64,000 bases of DNA from Myxococcota bacterium (GCA_036337435.1 JAYZEG010000030.1:38424-102423); one strand, 5' to 3'. Counted from the stretch's first letter, positions 29,177-39,657 are shown. Notes: a model not told the origin generated them from the sequence alone. A program made the numbers and translations.

Positions 29177-29674
29177 ATGCTGTTAATCTGCACAGCCAGT
29201 CACGGAAAAAACAAAGACCTTGCAGACACAATACGTTCACATGCAAGTGCAGCAGGGGTTGACTGTGCCCTGTGTGATCTCACAGAGTATTCAATTCCAC
29301 TGTACACATCTCGATCGGATGATACCGATGCAGACGTCGACGCATTAGAGGCTCTATTTAAAAGCGCAAAAGCATTCTTTGTCCTCGCTCCCGAATACAA
29401 TGGATCAATTCCACCGAGCCTAACAAACGCAATTGCCTGGCTATCGACACGCAGCAGCGACTTTCGAGCTCTCTTCAATGGAAAACCATTGGCCATTGGC
29501 ACCCACAGTGGAGGACAAGGTCAAAAGGTCCTGATCGCCATGCGAATTCAATTTGCTCATCTCGGCTGCCACGTCATGGGCCGAGAATTGCTCACGAGCA
29601 GTAGCCGGCCCGTCAACCCTGCGTCCATCGACGCTATTTTGTCTGAAATCAGGACGCTTGGACGCCTTGAGTGA
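29177..29674 (+). CDS. NADPH-dependent FMN reductase
   Basis: PEYNGSIP..L.NAI.W, GKP, SGG; GGAGG SD. Confidence 0.9.
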   Translation: MLLICTASHGKNKDLADTIRSHASAAGVDCALCDLTEYSIPLYTSRSDDTDADVDALEALFKSAKAFFVLAPEYNGSIPPSLTNAIAWLSTRSSDFRALFNGKPLAIGTHSGGQGQKVLIAMRIQFAHLGCHVMGRELLTSSSRPVNPASIDAILSEIRTLGRLE

Positions 29675-29740
29675 GTCTGGATTGAGGCCGCTCGCCGCAG
29701 CGGTTGCATTCCGGAACTGACCCGTAGGCCTCAATACAGT

Positions 29741-29787
29741 TGTCACAGTGTAACAGTGTAACAGTTTGTTACATTTTTTGTGTAACA
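29741..29787. promoter_or_regulatory. Array of five TGTHACA heptamers upstream of the protease
   Basis: TGTCACA 29741, TGTAACA 29749, TGTAACA 29757, TGTTACA 29767, TGTAACA 29781. Confidence 0.55.
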
Positions 29788-29899
29788 ACACGGTTCTCAG
29801 ATCATCTAACCCACCGAAATTACACGTCTCCATAGTTGGCACAGACATTGCTGAGTAGATGAGTATCGCTTACGCGCGAGTCAAACGCCATCGGGGGAA

Positions 29900-31894
29900 A
29901 TGATGAGCAACGGTCAGAAAGAACAAACAAAACGCCGCCAACTCCACTGGGTTTTATGCCTTGCCATCCTGGCGGGTTGTGGAGAGATGGAGGCGCAAGA
30001 GGTCATCACTGAGACGGAGCCGATGACAGGTGTGCTGACTCAGCCTGTTCGTTACGGAAACTTGGACGGTGACGGACACCCCGGCGTGCTACGACTGTAC
30101 ATTCGAGTGGGCAACAGTGGTTTCTTGTGCTCAGGCACCGTGATTGAGCAACGGACGATCTTGACCGCAGCACACTGCATCGAGAATGCGGCCAGCGCAG
30201 CTGATGTCTACGTTGTCGTCGACGGAGTGTACCGCGCCGCGAGTGCGATGCACATCCACGAAGACTACTCCGCAAACGCCGCTCACATCCGACGCCTCGG
30301 CAATAATTTCTATCGCTACAGCGGACCAGACATCGCCATTTTAACATTCGCAGACGCCTTAAACGCGCCAGTCGTATCCATCGAAATGGGTGAACCAACC
30401 CAAGGCGACTTGCTGACCATCGTCGGTTTTGGCGCAAATGAGAACGAAGAGACGGGCGTACGACGTGTTGGTCAAGTCGAGTATCAGGCAACAACAGAGA
30501 CGTATTTGGAAAACCAGCAAACCGTTGACAGCGCGGCTGGCTCTTTGGTCGTTAACCCAGGGCCTAACAACGAGCTGGTTTGCGGTGGTGATAGTGGTGG
30601 CGCACTGTTGATGGGCGAGACGCTTATCGGGGTGACATCGGGCGGTGTTGTGGCCGTTGGAGACGACAATCCGTGTGTGCGTTCCCGCAGCGCCAATTTT
30701 ATCTCTCCCGCGGCCTATATCGACTGGATTCGAGCCATCGTGGACCTTCCCGAAGCCGCCCAACCAGAAATCGCCCCAGAGTTACTGTGCAGTGCCTACT
30801 TGCTCGACACCGACCGACGTTTCGGCAATCGCAGCAGCTACACGACCAACTGGGGTGGCTTGAACGAGAAATGGTTCCGCAGTGGCGACTCCGTATGGCA
30901 TTACATCCTCCCACAGGGTGCGGTCTACGAATGGAACGTTGGCACCAATCCTCCGACCGGCACCCTGGTCGGCACCTTCTCCCCCGACTTTCATGCAAAC
31001 CCAGACCTCTTGACCGCCGCTGTTGACCCAGGTGCCGATTGCCAGGCACCGACCGTGGACAGCGATACATTGGTTCAAACGGCGTATAACCTTGACCAAC
31101 AGTACGGATTCACCTTCGCTGGAACATATGCAACCAACTGGGCGGGCATGGGTGAGAAATGGTTTCAAAATAACAGTCGTCGTTGGTTTTACATCACACC
31201 TGTTGGCGAAGTTTTCCGCTGGGAAAACAACACACGTCCAGTCGTGGGGACATTGCTTGGTACGCTTTCTGCTGACTACCACGCCAATCCTGCGCTCGTA
31301 CACGATGCCATCAACCCAGACGCCGACGAAGCAGACAATGACAACTGTGTTGATACGTCTGTCGAGGCCAAGGCTTTCGATCTAGACCAAGAACAAGGCT
31401 TCGTCTTCACCGGCTCCTTTGCTGAGAACTGGGGTGGTCTGGGTGAGAAGTGGTTCCAAAACGCCAACGGGCGATGGCACTACATCACACCAACTGGTGG
31501 GGTATATAAGTGGACTCAGAATACACGCCCAGCACAGGGCACGCTCGTAGGGAGCCTTGATGAGACTTTTCACGCAGACCCAATGCTCTTAATTGATGCG
31601 GAAGCGCCTGCGAACACTCAATGTGGTGGTGAGGACGTAGACTTGGCGGCCCAAGCTGCACAACTGGACGCCACCTACGGATTCACCAGCAATGGCAACT
31701 ACAATGAGAACTGGGGTGGCCAAAATGAAAAATGGATGAGCAACGTGAGCAACAACTGGTTCTACATCCTACCGAACGGGGACGTCTACCGATGGACGGT
31801 TGGTTCGCGCCCCATCGCAGGCACGCTCATCGGCCAATTAGACGCCTCTTTTTGGGCGAACCCCGCCTCGCTCCATGATGCGGCCGCTGAGTAG
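29900..31894 (+). CDS. S1 (chymotrypsin-clan) serine protease lipoprotein with four C-terminal Trp-rich repeats
   Basis: Lipobox LAGC; triad motifs TAAHC, DIA, GDSGG; four NWxG..EKW repeats. Confidence 0.9.
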   Translation: MMSNGQKEQTKRRQLHWVLCLAILAGCGEMEAQEVITETEPMTGVLTQPVRYGNLDGDGHPGVLRLYIRVGNSGFLCSGTVIEQRTILTAAHCIENAASAADVYVVVDGVYRAASAMHIHEDYSANAAHIRRLGNNFYRYSGPDIAILTFADALNAPVVSIEMGEPTQGDLLTIVGFGANENEETGVRRVGQVEYQATTETYLENQQTVDSAAGSLVVNPGPNNELVCGGDSGGALLMGETLIGVTSGGVVAVGDDNPCVRSRSANFISPAAYIDWIRAIVDLPEAAQPEIAPELLCSAYLLDTDRRFGNRSSYTTNWGGLNEKWFRSGDSVWHYILPQGAVYEWNVGTNPPTGTLVGTFSPDFHANPDLLTAAVDPGADCQAPTVDSDTLVQTAYNLDQQYGFTFAGTYATNWAGMGEKWFQNNSRRWFYITPVGEVFRWENNTRPVVGTLLGTLSADYHANPALVHDAINPDADEADNDNCVDTSVEAKAFDLDQEQGFVFTGSFAENWGGLGEKWFQNANGRWHYITPTGGVYKWTQNTRPAQGTLVGSLDETFHADPMLLIDAEAPANTQCGGEDVDLAAQAAQLDATYGFTSNGNYNENWGGQNEKWMSNVSNNWFYILPNGDVYRWTVGSRPIAGTLIGQLDASFWANPASLHDAAAE

Positions 31895-31932
31895 ACGGAA
31901 CCTGTTCCTTTCATCGAAGCGAAGCGGCCAGG

Positions 31933-32619
31933 TTACCGTTGATATTTCACAGAACAGCCCCACGCCTTGGTCGAGGGCACCGCAACGGGCTTTTTGTCAG
32001 CGACCGACTTGAGGGCATCTGAGAGGTAATCATCGAAGCGGTCGACCTTGTATCCTGCCCCGCGCGTGCTATCGAGAGCACCCGCATAAACAAGCACACC
32101 TTGGGCATCGATGACGAACATGTGAGGCGTTTTCTTCGCATCAAACAGTCGGCCAACATGACCGGATTCATCCATAAGAATCGGATACTTAATGGAGAAC
32201 TCGGCGCGGGCTTTTTGATTTCTCTCTTGCCCATGTCCTTGACGACCGGGTGCCCCTGAATTGATGGCTAACCAAACCCCGCCAGACGCTGCATGAGCTT
32301 TGGCTTTTTGTGCAAGTTTCCCCTCGTTGTGAGCAACCTTTACAAATGGACAATCAGGATTAAACCACTCGAGTACAATTGTCTTTCCTCTATACTGGCT
32401 GAGTTTGTGTACCTGACCATCAACATCTTTCAACTCAAAATCTGGAACCGGCTTACCGAGCTCAGCGATAATGGCTGGACTCGTCGTTGGGGTCGATGTC
32501 TGGGCCGTGGCCAGCAGACCTCCGAGAGCCAATGAGAGTACACCAGACATGACAAAGACCCATTTAGCTTTGTTTTTTGTTGTTCGATTTACATTTGAAT
32601 GAGTTCGAAAGCTGTCCAT
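31933..32619 (-). CDS. Exported redoxin (AhpC/TSA, thioredoxin-like)
   Basis: PDFELKD, WFNPDCPFV, TPHMFV, GCSVKY; GGAG SD before ATG 32619. Confidence 0.88.
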   Translation of the reverse strand: MDSFRTHSNVNRTTKNKAKWVFVMSGVLSLALGGLLATAQTSTPTTSPAIIAELGKPVPDFELKDVDGQVHKLSQYRGKTIVLEWFNPDCPFVKVAHNEGKLAQKAKAHAASGGVWLAINSGAPGRQGHGQERNQKARAEFSIKYPILMDESGHVGRLFDAKKTPHMFVIDAQGVLVYAGALDSTRGAGYKVDRFDDYLSDALKSVADKKPVAVPSTKAWGCSVKYQR

Positions 32620-32721
32620 TTTAAAATCTCCGCATAAAAGCACAAAACTGCGGACGCATTGTTGGCCGAGAGGCCACGCTTTGTCTACCATGGAAATTGA
32701 GAAATCAGTTTGGCTAGGTGT

Positions 32722-34200
32722 TCACGGTCGCTGCTGCCGCGTAGAATTGACCTTGTCCTGTAATAGAGCGTAGGCATTTTTAGGTTCAGAGTTTGCCTGT
32801 GCAAAAATCGAGAGGCTTGAAAACTGACTGATTTGGCTTCTAGCCAACCCAAGGACATCGTTCGCAGCAGAAAAATCGACGATGGTATTTCTCGACAATT
32901 CAAGGGTTTGCCCAAACCTGGGTTTTGATTCGGCTGCCATCTGCAGCCGCTCTAAAACATCGCTCAATTGATCGCGATTAATGTCAATCTCTTCCAAAGC
33001 AAAATTGATACTATCCACAGCTTGCCTTGATGTGAATGACGATGACAGGTCCATTTGGCTCAAAGCTGTCTTGGGGTTGGATAACACGGACTCCGGTCCG
33101 ATGACGGGCCCTAGGCCGACGGCGTCATCCATACCAACGTCTTTATATTCAAGCTCAAAAGATTGTCGGGCGAAAAGCTTGACGCGCCCGCCAAAAACTT
33201 GCTGGGCGGCCCGACCGGCATTCAGACCTGTTGCTTCTGCAGCTTTGATGGTCGCCGTTTCTACATAAATATTCCGGCCATCATCTGCAGTCAGTTGTAA
33301 ACGTCCATCGATTAAGTCGGCTCGCACGCCGGTTCTCGATGTTGCTGAGTTGATCGTGCTTCGAAGGCGACCATCGTAATCGTCACGACGCACTTCAAAT
33401 CCCTGGAAGGTCTCCCCGTTTATCCGAATGGGATTGAGTGCATCGAGTTGCCCACCACCGGGGCTGCCACCATCGACCCGAGTCGATTGAGCATAAGCGG
33501 TCACCCCCGTCTGATCAGATACTTCGTTGAAGACCCGTACTTTGGCTAATGCAGATGCACTGTTGTTTATGACCGACACCGTGTCATCTGCACTCGTCGT
33601 TGCCCGTAAGCCGACGTCATTGACCTCGATTGAGTCTGCCGTAATTGGCCGCGTTGCGTCGACGGAGTTTCCAATTTGGCTAATATGCAAACCCAAGCTA
33701 TCGCGCCTTAACTTCAAAAAATTAACCGTCATGTCCTCAGCCCCATATTGCCGAGATCGTAAGCGCAGCGAAAGCAGTTGCCCATTGAGTGGAGCGAGAG
33801 AACCAAAACGTGTATTTCGTCCGATGGCATCGAATTCATCAAGCCGTTCTTGAGACTCAACGCCAAGGACCGTGCGGCGGTGTTGGGACAGATTAGACCG
33901 CATACCCTCTTGAGCTAAACGTCTGAGGTCGAGGAGAATTTGCGCTGCATCCATCAAACCCGAATCAGCCGTTTGAACGAGGGATATGCCATCGGTCAGG
34001 TCTCGAACGACTTGACCGACCACTTTTGAATCCGAGTTAAGCCCTATAGAGATGAAGTAATCATCGGAAATGTTTGTTGTCTGGTCGGTTTTTGAATCCA
34101 TCGGCGCGAGATGCGCAGGTGATTGGACGTATGGCCGAATAGACAATCGGCGATTGCTCAAAAGCGAACGCGTCTGATGATTGACCCAGATACTCGACAT
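32722..34200 (-). CDS. Divergent flagellin-like protein
   Basis: DGISLVQTADSGL..LRRLA, LTADDGRN and AQAN align with the fliC at 20944; the D0/D1 termini are degenerate. Confidence 0.8.
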   Translation of the reverse strand: MSSIWVNHQTRSLLSNRRLSIRPYVQSPAHLAPMDSKTDQTTNISDDYFISIGLNSDSKVVGQVVRDLTDGISLVQTADSGLMDAAQILLDLRRLAQEGMRSNLSQHRRTVLGVESQERLDEFDAIGRNTRFGSLAPLNGQLLSLRLRSRQYGAEDMTVNFLKLRRDSLGLHISQIGNSVDATRPITADSIEVNDVGLRATTSADDTVSVINNSASALAKVRVFNEVSDQTGVTAYAQSTRVDGGSPGGGQLDALNPIRINGETFQGFEVRRDDYDGRLRSTINSATSRTGVRADLIDGRLQLTADDGRNIYVETATIKAAEATGLNAGRAAQQVFGGRVKLFARQSFELEYKDVGMDDAVGLGPVIGPESVLSNPKTALSQMDLSSSFTSRQAVDSINFALEEIDINRDQLSDVLERLQMAAESKPRFGQTLELSRNTIVDFSAANDVLGLARSQISQFSSLSIFAQANSEPKNAYALLQDKVNSTRQQRP

Positions 34201-34431
34201 CTAATCCTCAATCATTAAAGCCGCCAGTTGAAACAAAACAAGGGCCGTGGATGGATGGCCCAATCCAGGCCATCGTTTCACAATGCAGCCCACACGCTGA
34301 CGTTTCAGATCCGCAGGATAACATATTCCATAAGACAGATCCCGCTGGCCGCCTGTATTTTTCTTATGATGCGAGTCCTCAACCGCTTGATTTTAATGAG
34401 TAAACTTTAATTTGGAAGCCGGGAAACAGCT

Positions 34432-34785
34432 TCAGAATAGATCTGGGTTCGATCGAACCCAGAGTTGGCCATCGCGAATCTGCGATTCAATCCCTTGTAG
34501 CTGAATACCCGGCTGACCGCTGTCCGTCCCATTGGGCAGATTAAAGATCCAATTGTGCCATGTGCAGACCAACTGATTATCATCATTGAGACAACCCCGT
34601 TCGGTTAAAGCGACGCCTTGATGTGGGCAACGGTCGACGATCACATCGCAACCGGCTTCGGTCCTCACCACGGCTACGTCAACGCGATTGCCATAATCTC
34701 CGTCCATTTTAGCGGCGGTTACGGAACCCATGCCAAAGTCATCTAACGGACCCAGGGATTGCCATTCGCTCTCGCCAAAGCTCAT
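34432..34785 (-). CDS. Rieske [2Fe-2S] ferredoxin
   Basis: CPH...CTWH ligand motifs. Confidence 0.9.
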   Translation of the reverse strand: MSFGESEWQSLGPLDDFGMGSVTAAKMDGDYGNRVDVAVVRTEAGCDVIVDRCPHQGVALTERGCLNDDNQLVCTWHNWIFNLPNGTDSGQPGIQLQGIESQIRDGQLWVRSNPDLF

Positions 34786-34903
34786 TGTCTGACTCCATAA
34801 TCCAGCTTTGAGTTCGATGGAAAGTAGTGTACATCGCAGGTCTCTTAAAATCAGCATTCTGGAAAATTAAAGTCTGAATCAAGCAGAATTGGGAGCGATG
34901 TGA

Positions 34904-36211
34904 ATGGTCAGCCACGCAAATCGGATTCGATATATCAATGGGTATGACGTACCTGGATTACACGTTATCGAACAGGAAATTGACGTCCCGTTAAACCATA
35001 GAGACCCCAGCCAAGGGACGATTTCAATCTTTGCCCGAACTCTTAAAGCGATTCGGGCAAAAGATGAACAAAGACCGTTTCTTTTGTATCTACAGGGTGG
35101 CCCAGGTTTTGAGTGCCAAAGGCCAACTCGACGAGGTGGTTGGATAGACCGAGCTCTCGATGAATTTCATGTAATCTTGGTCGACCAGCGCGGCACTGGA
35201 CGAAGTTCTCCTATCTGCCATAGAACACTATTGGTCCAGGGTAACCCGGCCAAACAAGCGGACTACTTGGCGCACTTTAGAGCTGATTCCATCGTAGCCG
35301 ATTGTGAAATTATCCGAAAAGCCATCGTCGGCGAGAATACCAAGTGGACGATTTTAGGACAGAGTTTCGGCGGTTTCTGTGCGTTGACCTATCTCTCTTA
35401 CGCCCCAGAAGGACTCGAGAGTGCACTTTTTACAGGTGGTCTGCCTCCGCTTGATGGCAACCCAGATCGGGTCTACCAAGCGACTTATGAACGTCTTCTG
35501 GAACGGGACCGTCGCTATTTCGATCGTTATCCCGCTGATCGAAACGTCATCGAAAAAATCATCAAGATCGTTGAAACCAGCCCGATTTACCTGCCGAGCG
35601 GGACCAGGTTAAGCCGCCAGCTCTTGCAACATCTAGGCATAGGACTGGGCCGACATGATGGCTCAGAGACATTGCATTATCTTCTCAACCAAGCGTTGAT
35701 AACAGGCCCAAATGGCCCCGAACTCTCCTATCGGTTCCTTTGGTCGGTCGATTCGCAGGTGTCATTCAATACAAACCCTATCTATGGGATTTTGCATGAA
35801 GCGATATACTGCCAAAGGGACGCATCGCGTTGGTCAGCTGAACGAATTAAATCAAAACTGCCTGCCTACCAAGGACGCGAATTCGTTTTCACCGGTGAGA
35901 TGGTCTACCCGTGGATGTTCGAAGACATCAGCCATCTAAGACCCCTGGCCGAAGTGGCCCACAAACTCGCTGAAAAGAGCGATTGGCCCCCCCTATATGA
36001 CCCCGTCGCGTTGGCAAATAATACAGTGCCTTGTGCAGCCCTTATCTATGATGAAGACATGTATGTTGAACGCGCGTTCTCAAGCCAAACAGCAAAAGCC
36101 GTGCGCGGCATGAGGGTCTGGGTCACCAACCAGTATGAGCATAATGGGCTCAGGCAAGCCGGCCCAGCCATCCTGGATCGTTTACTCGACCTGGCCCGCG
36201 GCGAGGAGTGA
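34904..36211 (+). CDS. pip: Proline iminopeptidase (S33 alpha/beta hydrolase)
   Basis: LQGGPG, DQRGTGRS, GQSFGG, DMYV, HNGLR. Confidence 0.88.
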   Translation: MVSHANRIRYINGYDVPGLHVIEQEIDVPLNHRDPSQGTISIFARTLKAIRAKDEQRPFLLYLQGGPGFECQRPTRRGGWIDRALDEFHVILVDQRGTGRSSPICHRTLLVQGNPAKQADYLAHFRADSIVADCEIIRKAIVGENTKWTILGQSFGGFCALTYLSYAPEGLESALFTGGLPPLDGNPDRVYQATYERLLERDRRYFDRYPADRNVIEKIIKIVETSPIYLPSGTRLSRQLLQHLGIGLGRHDGSETLHYLLNQALITGPNGPELSYRFLWSVDSQVSFNTNPIYGILHEAIYCQRDASRWSAERIKSKLPAYQGREFVFTGEMVYPWMFEDISHLRPLAEVAHKLAEKSDWPPLYDPVALANNTVPCAALIYDEDMYVERAFSSQTAKAVRGMRVWVTNQYEHNGLRQAGPAILDRLLDLARGEE

Positions 36212-36212
36212 T

Positions 36213-36479
36213 ATGACGCTTCGTAAGCTGAACACGCTTTTCATTTTGATCACAGCTGGACTGGTCATCGCCTCACTCTGGATTCATGTTTCGAGCATGG
36301 GATTGAACTCTTTATCGCGGCAAACATTTGTCCTGGTGTTCCCGTTTTTCTTAAGCGTGATGACCAAGAGAACCCAGAGGTACCCAAAAGTAGGCCTCAT
36401 CACCAGTTTTGTGGCTGTCCTGCTGGCACTCGCGGGTCTTCAGATGAGCCTGCAGAGCCAGCTCACGCCGGGTCAATAA
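36213..36479 (+). CDS. Small three-TM hypothetical membrane protein
   Basis: ATG immediately after the pip stop, preceded by GAGGAG; three hydrophobic segments. Confidence 0.65.
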   Translation: MTLRKLNTLFILITAGLVIASLWIHVSSMGLNSLSRQTFVLVFPFFLSVMTKRTQRYPKVGLITSFVAVLLALAGLQMSLQSQLTPGQ

Positions 36480-36495
36480 ACGCCGTCTCTTGCCA

Positions 36496-37095
36496 TCAAG
36501 CCGAAGGAACTGCCAGAATGCTCTGAAGTGCTGACCGAACCATTGCGACACCGATCGCCATCAACATAAGGGACATGAGCTTACCGATGGCTTTGGTCCC
36601 TGCATCACCCAAGATCGGGAGGATGCGATGAGCAAAATACAAGACCAAATAGGCCAAAATTAGGTTCGGTAAAAACGCGGCGGCGACAGTCAGCTTGTCA
36701 TGGGCTTCCGTCATGACAATCAAAGTGGTCATCGTCGCAGGACCAACCAAAAGTGGGACGCCGATGGGCACAGGCCCAACGTCTTCAGCCGCCTGTGCGA
36801 TACGCTGCCCACGAGACAGAACCAAGTCATGAAAGCCAAGGCCTAACAAAACAAGACCGCCGGCGACCCGAAGGTCCGAAATGGTCACGCCCATCAAGCG
36901 AAGCAAATCGGTTCCAACCAAGGTCATCAAGCAAGCAACTGCGCCTGCAAGGACAACTGCAGACCGAACAAGTTTAGGCCGTTCTAAGTCCGATATCCCT
37001 TCGGTGAGCGACATGTAAATCGGTGCTGTTGTGACGATGTTCATCGAGACAAATATCGCCAAACCAGCAACCCACACATTTTCAAGAACAAACAT
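36496..37095 (-). CDS. MarC-family membrane protein
   Basis: LRVAGG, VPIGVPLLVGPATMTT; start at ATG 37095. Confidence 0.88.
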   Translation of the reverse strand: MFVLENVWVAGLAIFVSMNIVTTAPIYMSLTEGISDLERPKLVRSAVVLAGAVACLMTLVGTDLLRLMGVTISDLRVAGGLVLLGLGFHDLVLSRGQRIAQAAEDVGPVPIGVPLLVGPATMTTLIVMTEAHDKLTVAAAFLPNLILAYLVLYFAHRILPILGDAGTKAIGKLMSLMLMAIGVAMVRSALQSILAVPSA

Positions 37096-37353
37096 TTTAA
37101 ACCCCCTCTCACCCCCAAACCTGACCCGACTTAAAGCGAGTCTGGAGCGACGGGAATTTAGCGGTCGCTGACCCGTGCTGCGTGACAGCTGTGAAACAAA
37201 ATACATCGGGGTTCTGGCCGGTCCGGCCTGGACGTCTTCATAGACCCCAGGAGGCTTTTTTTGCACAGCATTAGAATTATCAAAATGGCGCTGGCACATC
37301 GCGTCTGAGTGGGGTAGCGTCCGGCCAAACAAATCGAACCGATCCACTGTGAA

Positions 37354-38373
37354 ATGATTGGCCAATCCATCGCAAAATTTATGCCCTTTGGTGGGGTGTC
37401 GGTCAGGCCGGTGCAGGGATTCATTGGGCACTCGATGACCGTGCTGCCGTATGGCTTGGCAACGGCAACAACAGCACCTAGGTTTAATAGCGAAATATTC
37501 GAAAGCAGCTGTTTCGACGAGCAGAGAGGCACAATCCCAATCTATGGTCGCCTCGATCGCGTTTCAGGAAAAACAGACAGCTTAGTGATCATCCTCCATG
37601 GAATTACATCAACGCCCAGTGATAGCTACGTGAGGCAATTGGCCAATCAAGTGAATCAGTCGGGTATGGATAGCCTGCGAATTGCTCTGAGGGGCGCGAC
37701 TTGCAAGGGGCATGACCATTACCATGCAGGGCAAATTGACGACTTGGTCGCATTGACGACTGACCCACGACTCAGTGCCTATGAGAACCTGTTTGTCGTT
37801 GGCTATTCACTCGGTGGACAAATCGCCCTGAAATTTGGCATCGACGCAAATGAAACTCGTCTTCGTGGCATCGTTGCATTATGCGCGCCCATCTGTATGA
37901 GATCGGCGCAAGAGGCTTTAGATAAACCAGCGATGCTGGCCTATCGAGTCGCCATACTCAACGCGCTGAAATATAAATATCGTCGTTTGATGCGCAATGC
38001 TCTCCGGGTCGGTCAACCGATGGCCGCGACACGCGCCGAGCTAGAAAAAATCAAGACCTTCTATGACTGGGACCGGGCTGTTGTTTGTCCACGCTTTGGC
38101 TACTCGTCAGTACACGACTATTACGAAACTGTGTCCACGGGTCCCGAATTGAATCGACTTGAAATACCAAGTCTATTGGTTTTCGGAGCGCAAGACCCTG
38201 TCGTTCCCTTGGATGGCGTAGCCGATTACTTAAGGAAAGCCAACGCTCACAGCGAGGTCCATGTGCTCAGTCCAGGAGGACACCTGGGATTCTCACCGAG
38301 AGCCTCAATTGGACAGAGAACACGCCCTGGGCTTCACCATCAAATTACGAACTGGATTATCGAAAACCGATAG
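37354..38373 (+). CDS. YheT-like alpha/beta hydrolase
   Basis: LHG, GYSLGG, DPVVP, GGHLGF; start uncertain (37354 or 37381). Confidence 0.85.
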   Translation: MIGQSIAKFMPFGGVSVRPVQGFIGHSMTVLPYGLATATTAPRFNSEIFESSCFDEQRGTIPIYGRLDRVSGKTDSLVIILHGITSTPSDSYVRQLANQVNQSGMDSLRIALRGATCKGHDHYHAGQIDDLVALTTDPRLSAYENLFVVGYSLGGQIALKFGIDANETRLRGIVALCAPICMRSAQEALDKPAMLAYRVAILNALKYKYRRLMRNALRVGQPMAATRAELEKIKTFYDWDRAVVCPRFGYSSVHDYYETVSTGPELNRLEIPSLLVFGAQDPVVPLDGVADYLRKANAHSEVHVLSPGGHLGFSPRASIGQRTRPGLHHQITNWIIENR

Positions 38374-38409
38374 CGCACGCCATCATCAAATCGAGAAACT
38401 TCGGGTGAC

Positions 38410-39657
38410 TTAAAACGCCTCTTTGAATTGGAAATAGAACTCAAATTGCGCTCCGTAGGCAATGTCCAGTCTCAAATTCGCACGCTGTGATTGGTCCAAT
38501 GCATACCGGAATCCTGCTCCACCCGCCCCTCGATAGCCATCTAGGTGGAGCGTTGATAGCGAAGGGGCCACCCGGGCGAATTCAAAAAAGCCGACAGCCG
38601 CAAAGTGTTGAGTCAATTCGATACGATATTCAAGCTGGTTGCAATGCAACGCACGATCCCTCAATCGGCCAATGTACCAACCACGAAAAAGATCCGGGCC
38701 ACCCAACGAAGGTAAGCGTTGGAATGGAACTTCACCGGTTGCCCGCTGAATCACGCTTCTCAATGCGACAGTGTGGCCTTTTAAAAAAGTGCGATAGAGG
38801 CGCGCATCGAATCGATGGACGCTAAATCGGTAGTCGCTGCCCAAGAGGTCTGAATACCGAAAAGTATCGTATCGAATAAAGTGTCCGCTCCGAGGCCACA
38901 CAATCTGATCGCGATCGTCATACAGAAGAACCGGTGCTAAACCAGACCAAATGGACGTTCCCACGCCGCGCGTCGATAGAAACCCATAGTCCTCTGCAGC
39001 CGATTCAATACCAGGCGTTCGACTGAAGCGAAAATGGTGAGAAAGGCCAACGTATATTCGACCCAGCATTCGATATAAATAGTCGCTCTCAATCTGAAAA
39101 TAGGCGTCTTTTAATTTGATATAGTCGCGGGTGCCTCCTGCATTGTCCTCGATGGAGATCCCTTTATTGTTGGCATTTCCGATGCCATAGAATTGGTCCG
39201 GCCAATCGACATACCTGAACACTTGCTGAATAATGTGAGTGTCTCTCTTACTCCGCAGTTCATAGGCCGCCAGCAGAACACTCTGATTTTCCAACGTGTA
39301 AATGCCAAATAAACTGAGACTGCTTGGACGCTCATCAGACCCTGCTTCGACGTCCGAAAGGGTCAGTGTACCAAGGCCAATCATCACAGATGTTTCCGGA
39401 CTGTAGAGAACAAGTGGGACCATTTTTGTCCGTGCCCAAAAACGAGCCATAGCACTGTCTTCCCGTGGGATAGGCCGGATTGGTTCATCGGTCTTTGCTG
39501 TGCGAGCAGCATCAGCGTCCATTGGGGAGGCAGATGGAACCTGCGCATGAGCAGTGAGCACCCATAGGCCAGTCCATAGGAGGGCCATCATGGCCCTGGC
39601 CAAGACCCGAATGGTCAAAACAGACCTCAGATTCAATCGAGGTATCGACATGTTCAT
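38410..39657 (-). CDS. BamA/TamA (Omp85) surface-antigen beta-barrel protein
   Basis: YSPET, LGG..LFRG loop, GAGFRY, C-terminal EAF; signal peptide; start uncertain. Confidence 0.8.
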   Translation of the reverse strand: MNMSIPRLNLRSVLTIRVLARAMMALLWTGLWVLTAHAQVPSASPMDADAARTAKTDEPIRPIPREDSAMARFWARTKMVPLVLYSPETSVMIGLGTLTLSDVEAGSDERPSSLSLFGIYTLENQSVLLAAYELRSKRDTHIIQQVFRYVDWPDQFYGIGNANNKGISIEDNAGGTRDYIKLKDAYFQIESDYLYRMLGRIYVGLSHHFRFSRTPGIESAAEDYGFLSTRGVGTSIWSGLAPVLLYDDRDQIVWPRSGHFIRYDTFRYSDLLGSDYRFSVHRFDARLYRTFLKGHTVALRSVIQRATGEVPFQRLPSLGGPDLFRGWYIGRLRDRALHCNQLEYRIELTQHFAAVGFFEFARVAPSLSTLHLDGYRGAGGAGFRYALDQSQRANLRLDIAYGAQFEFYFQFKEAF

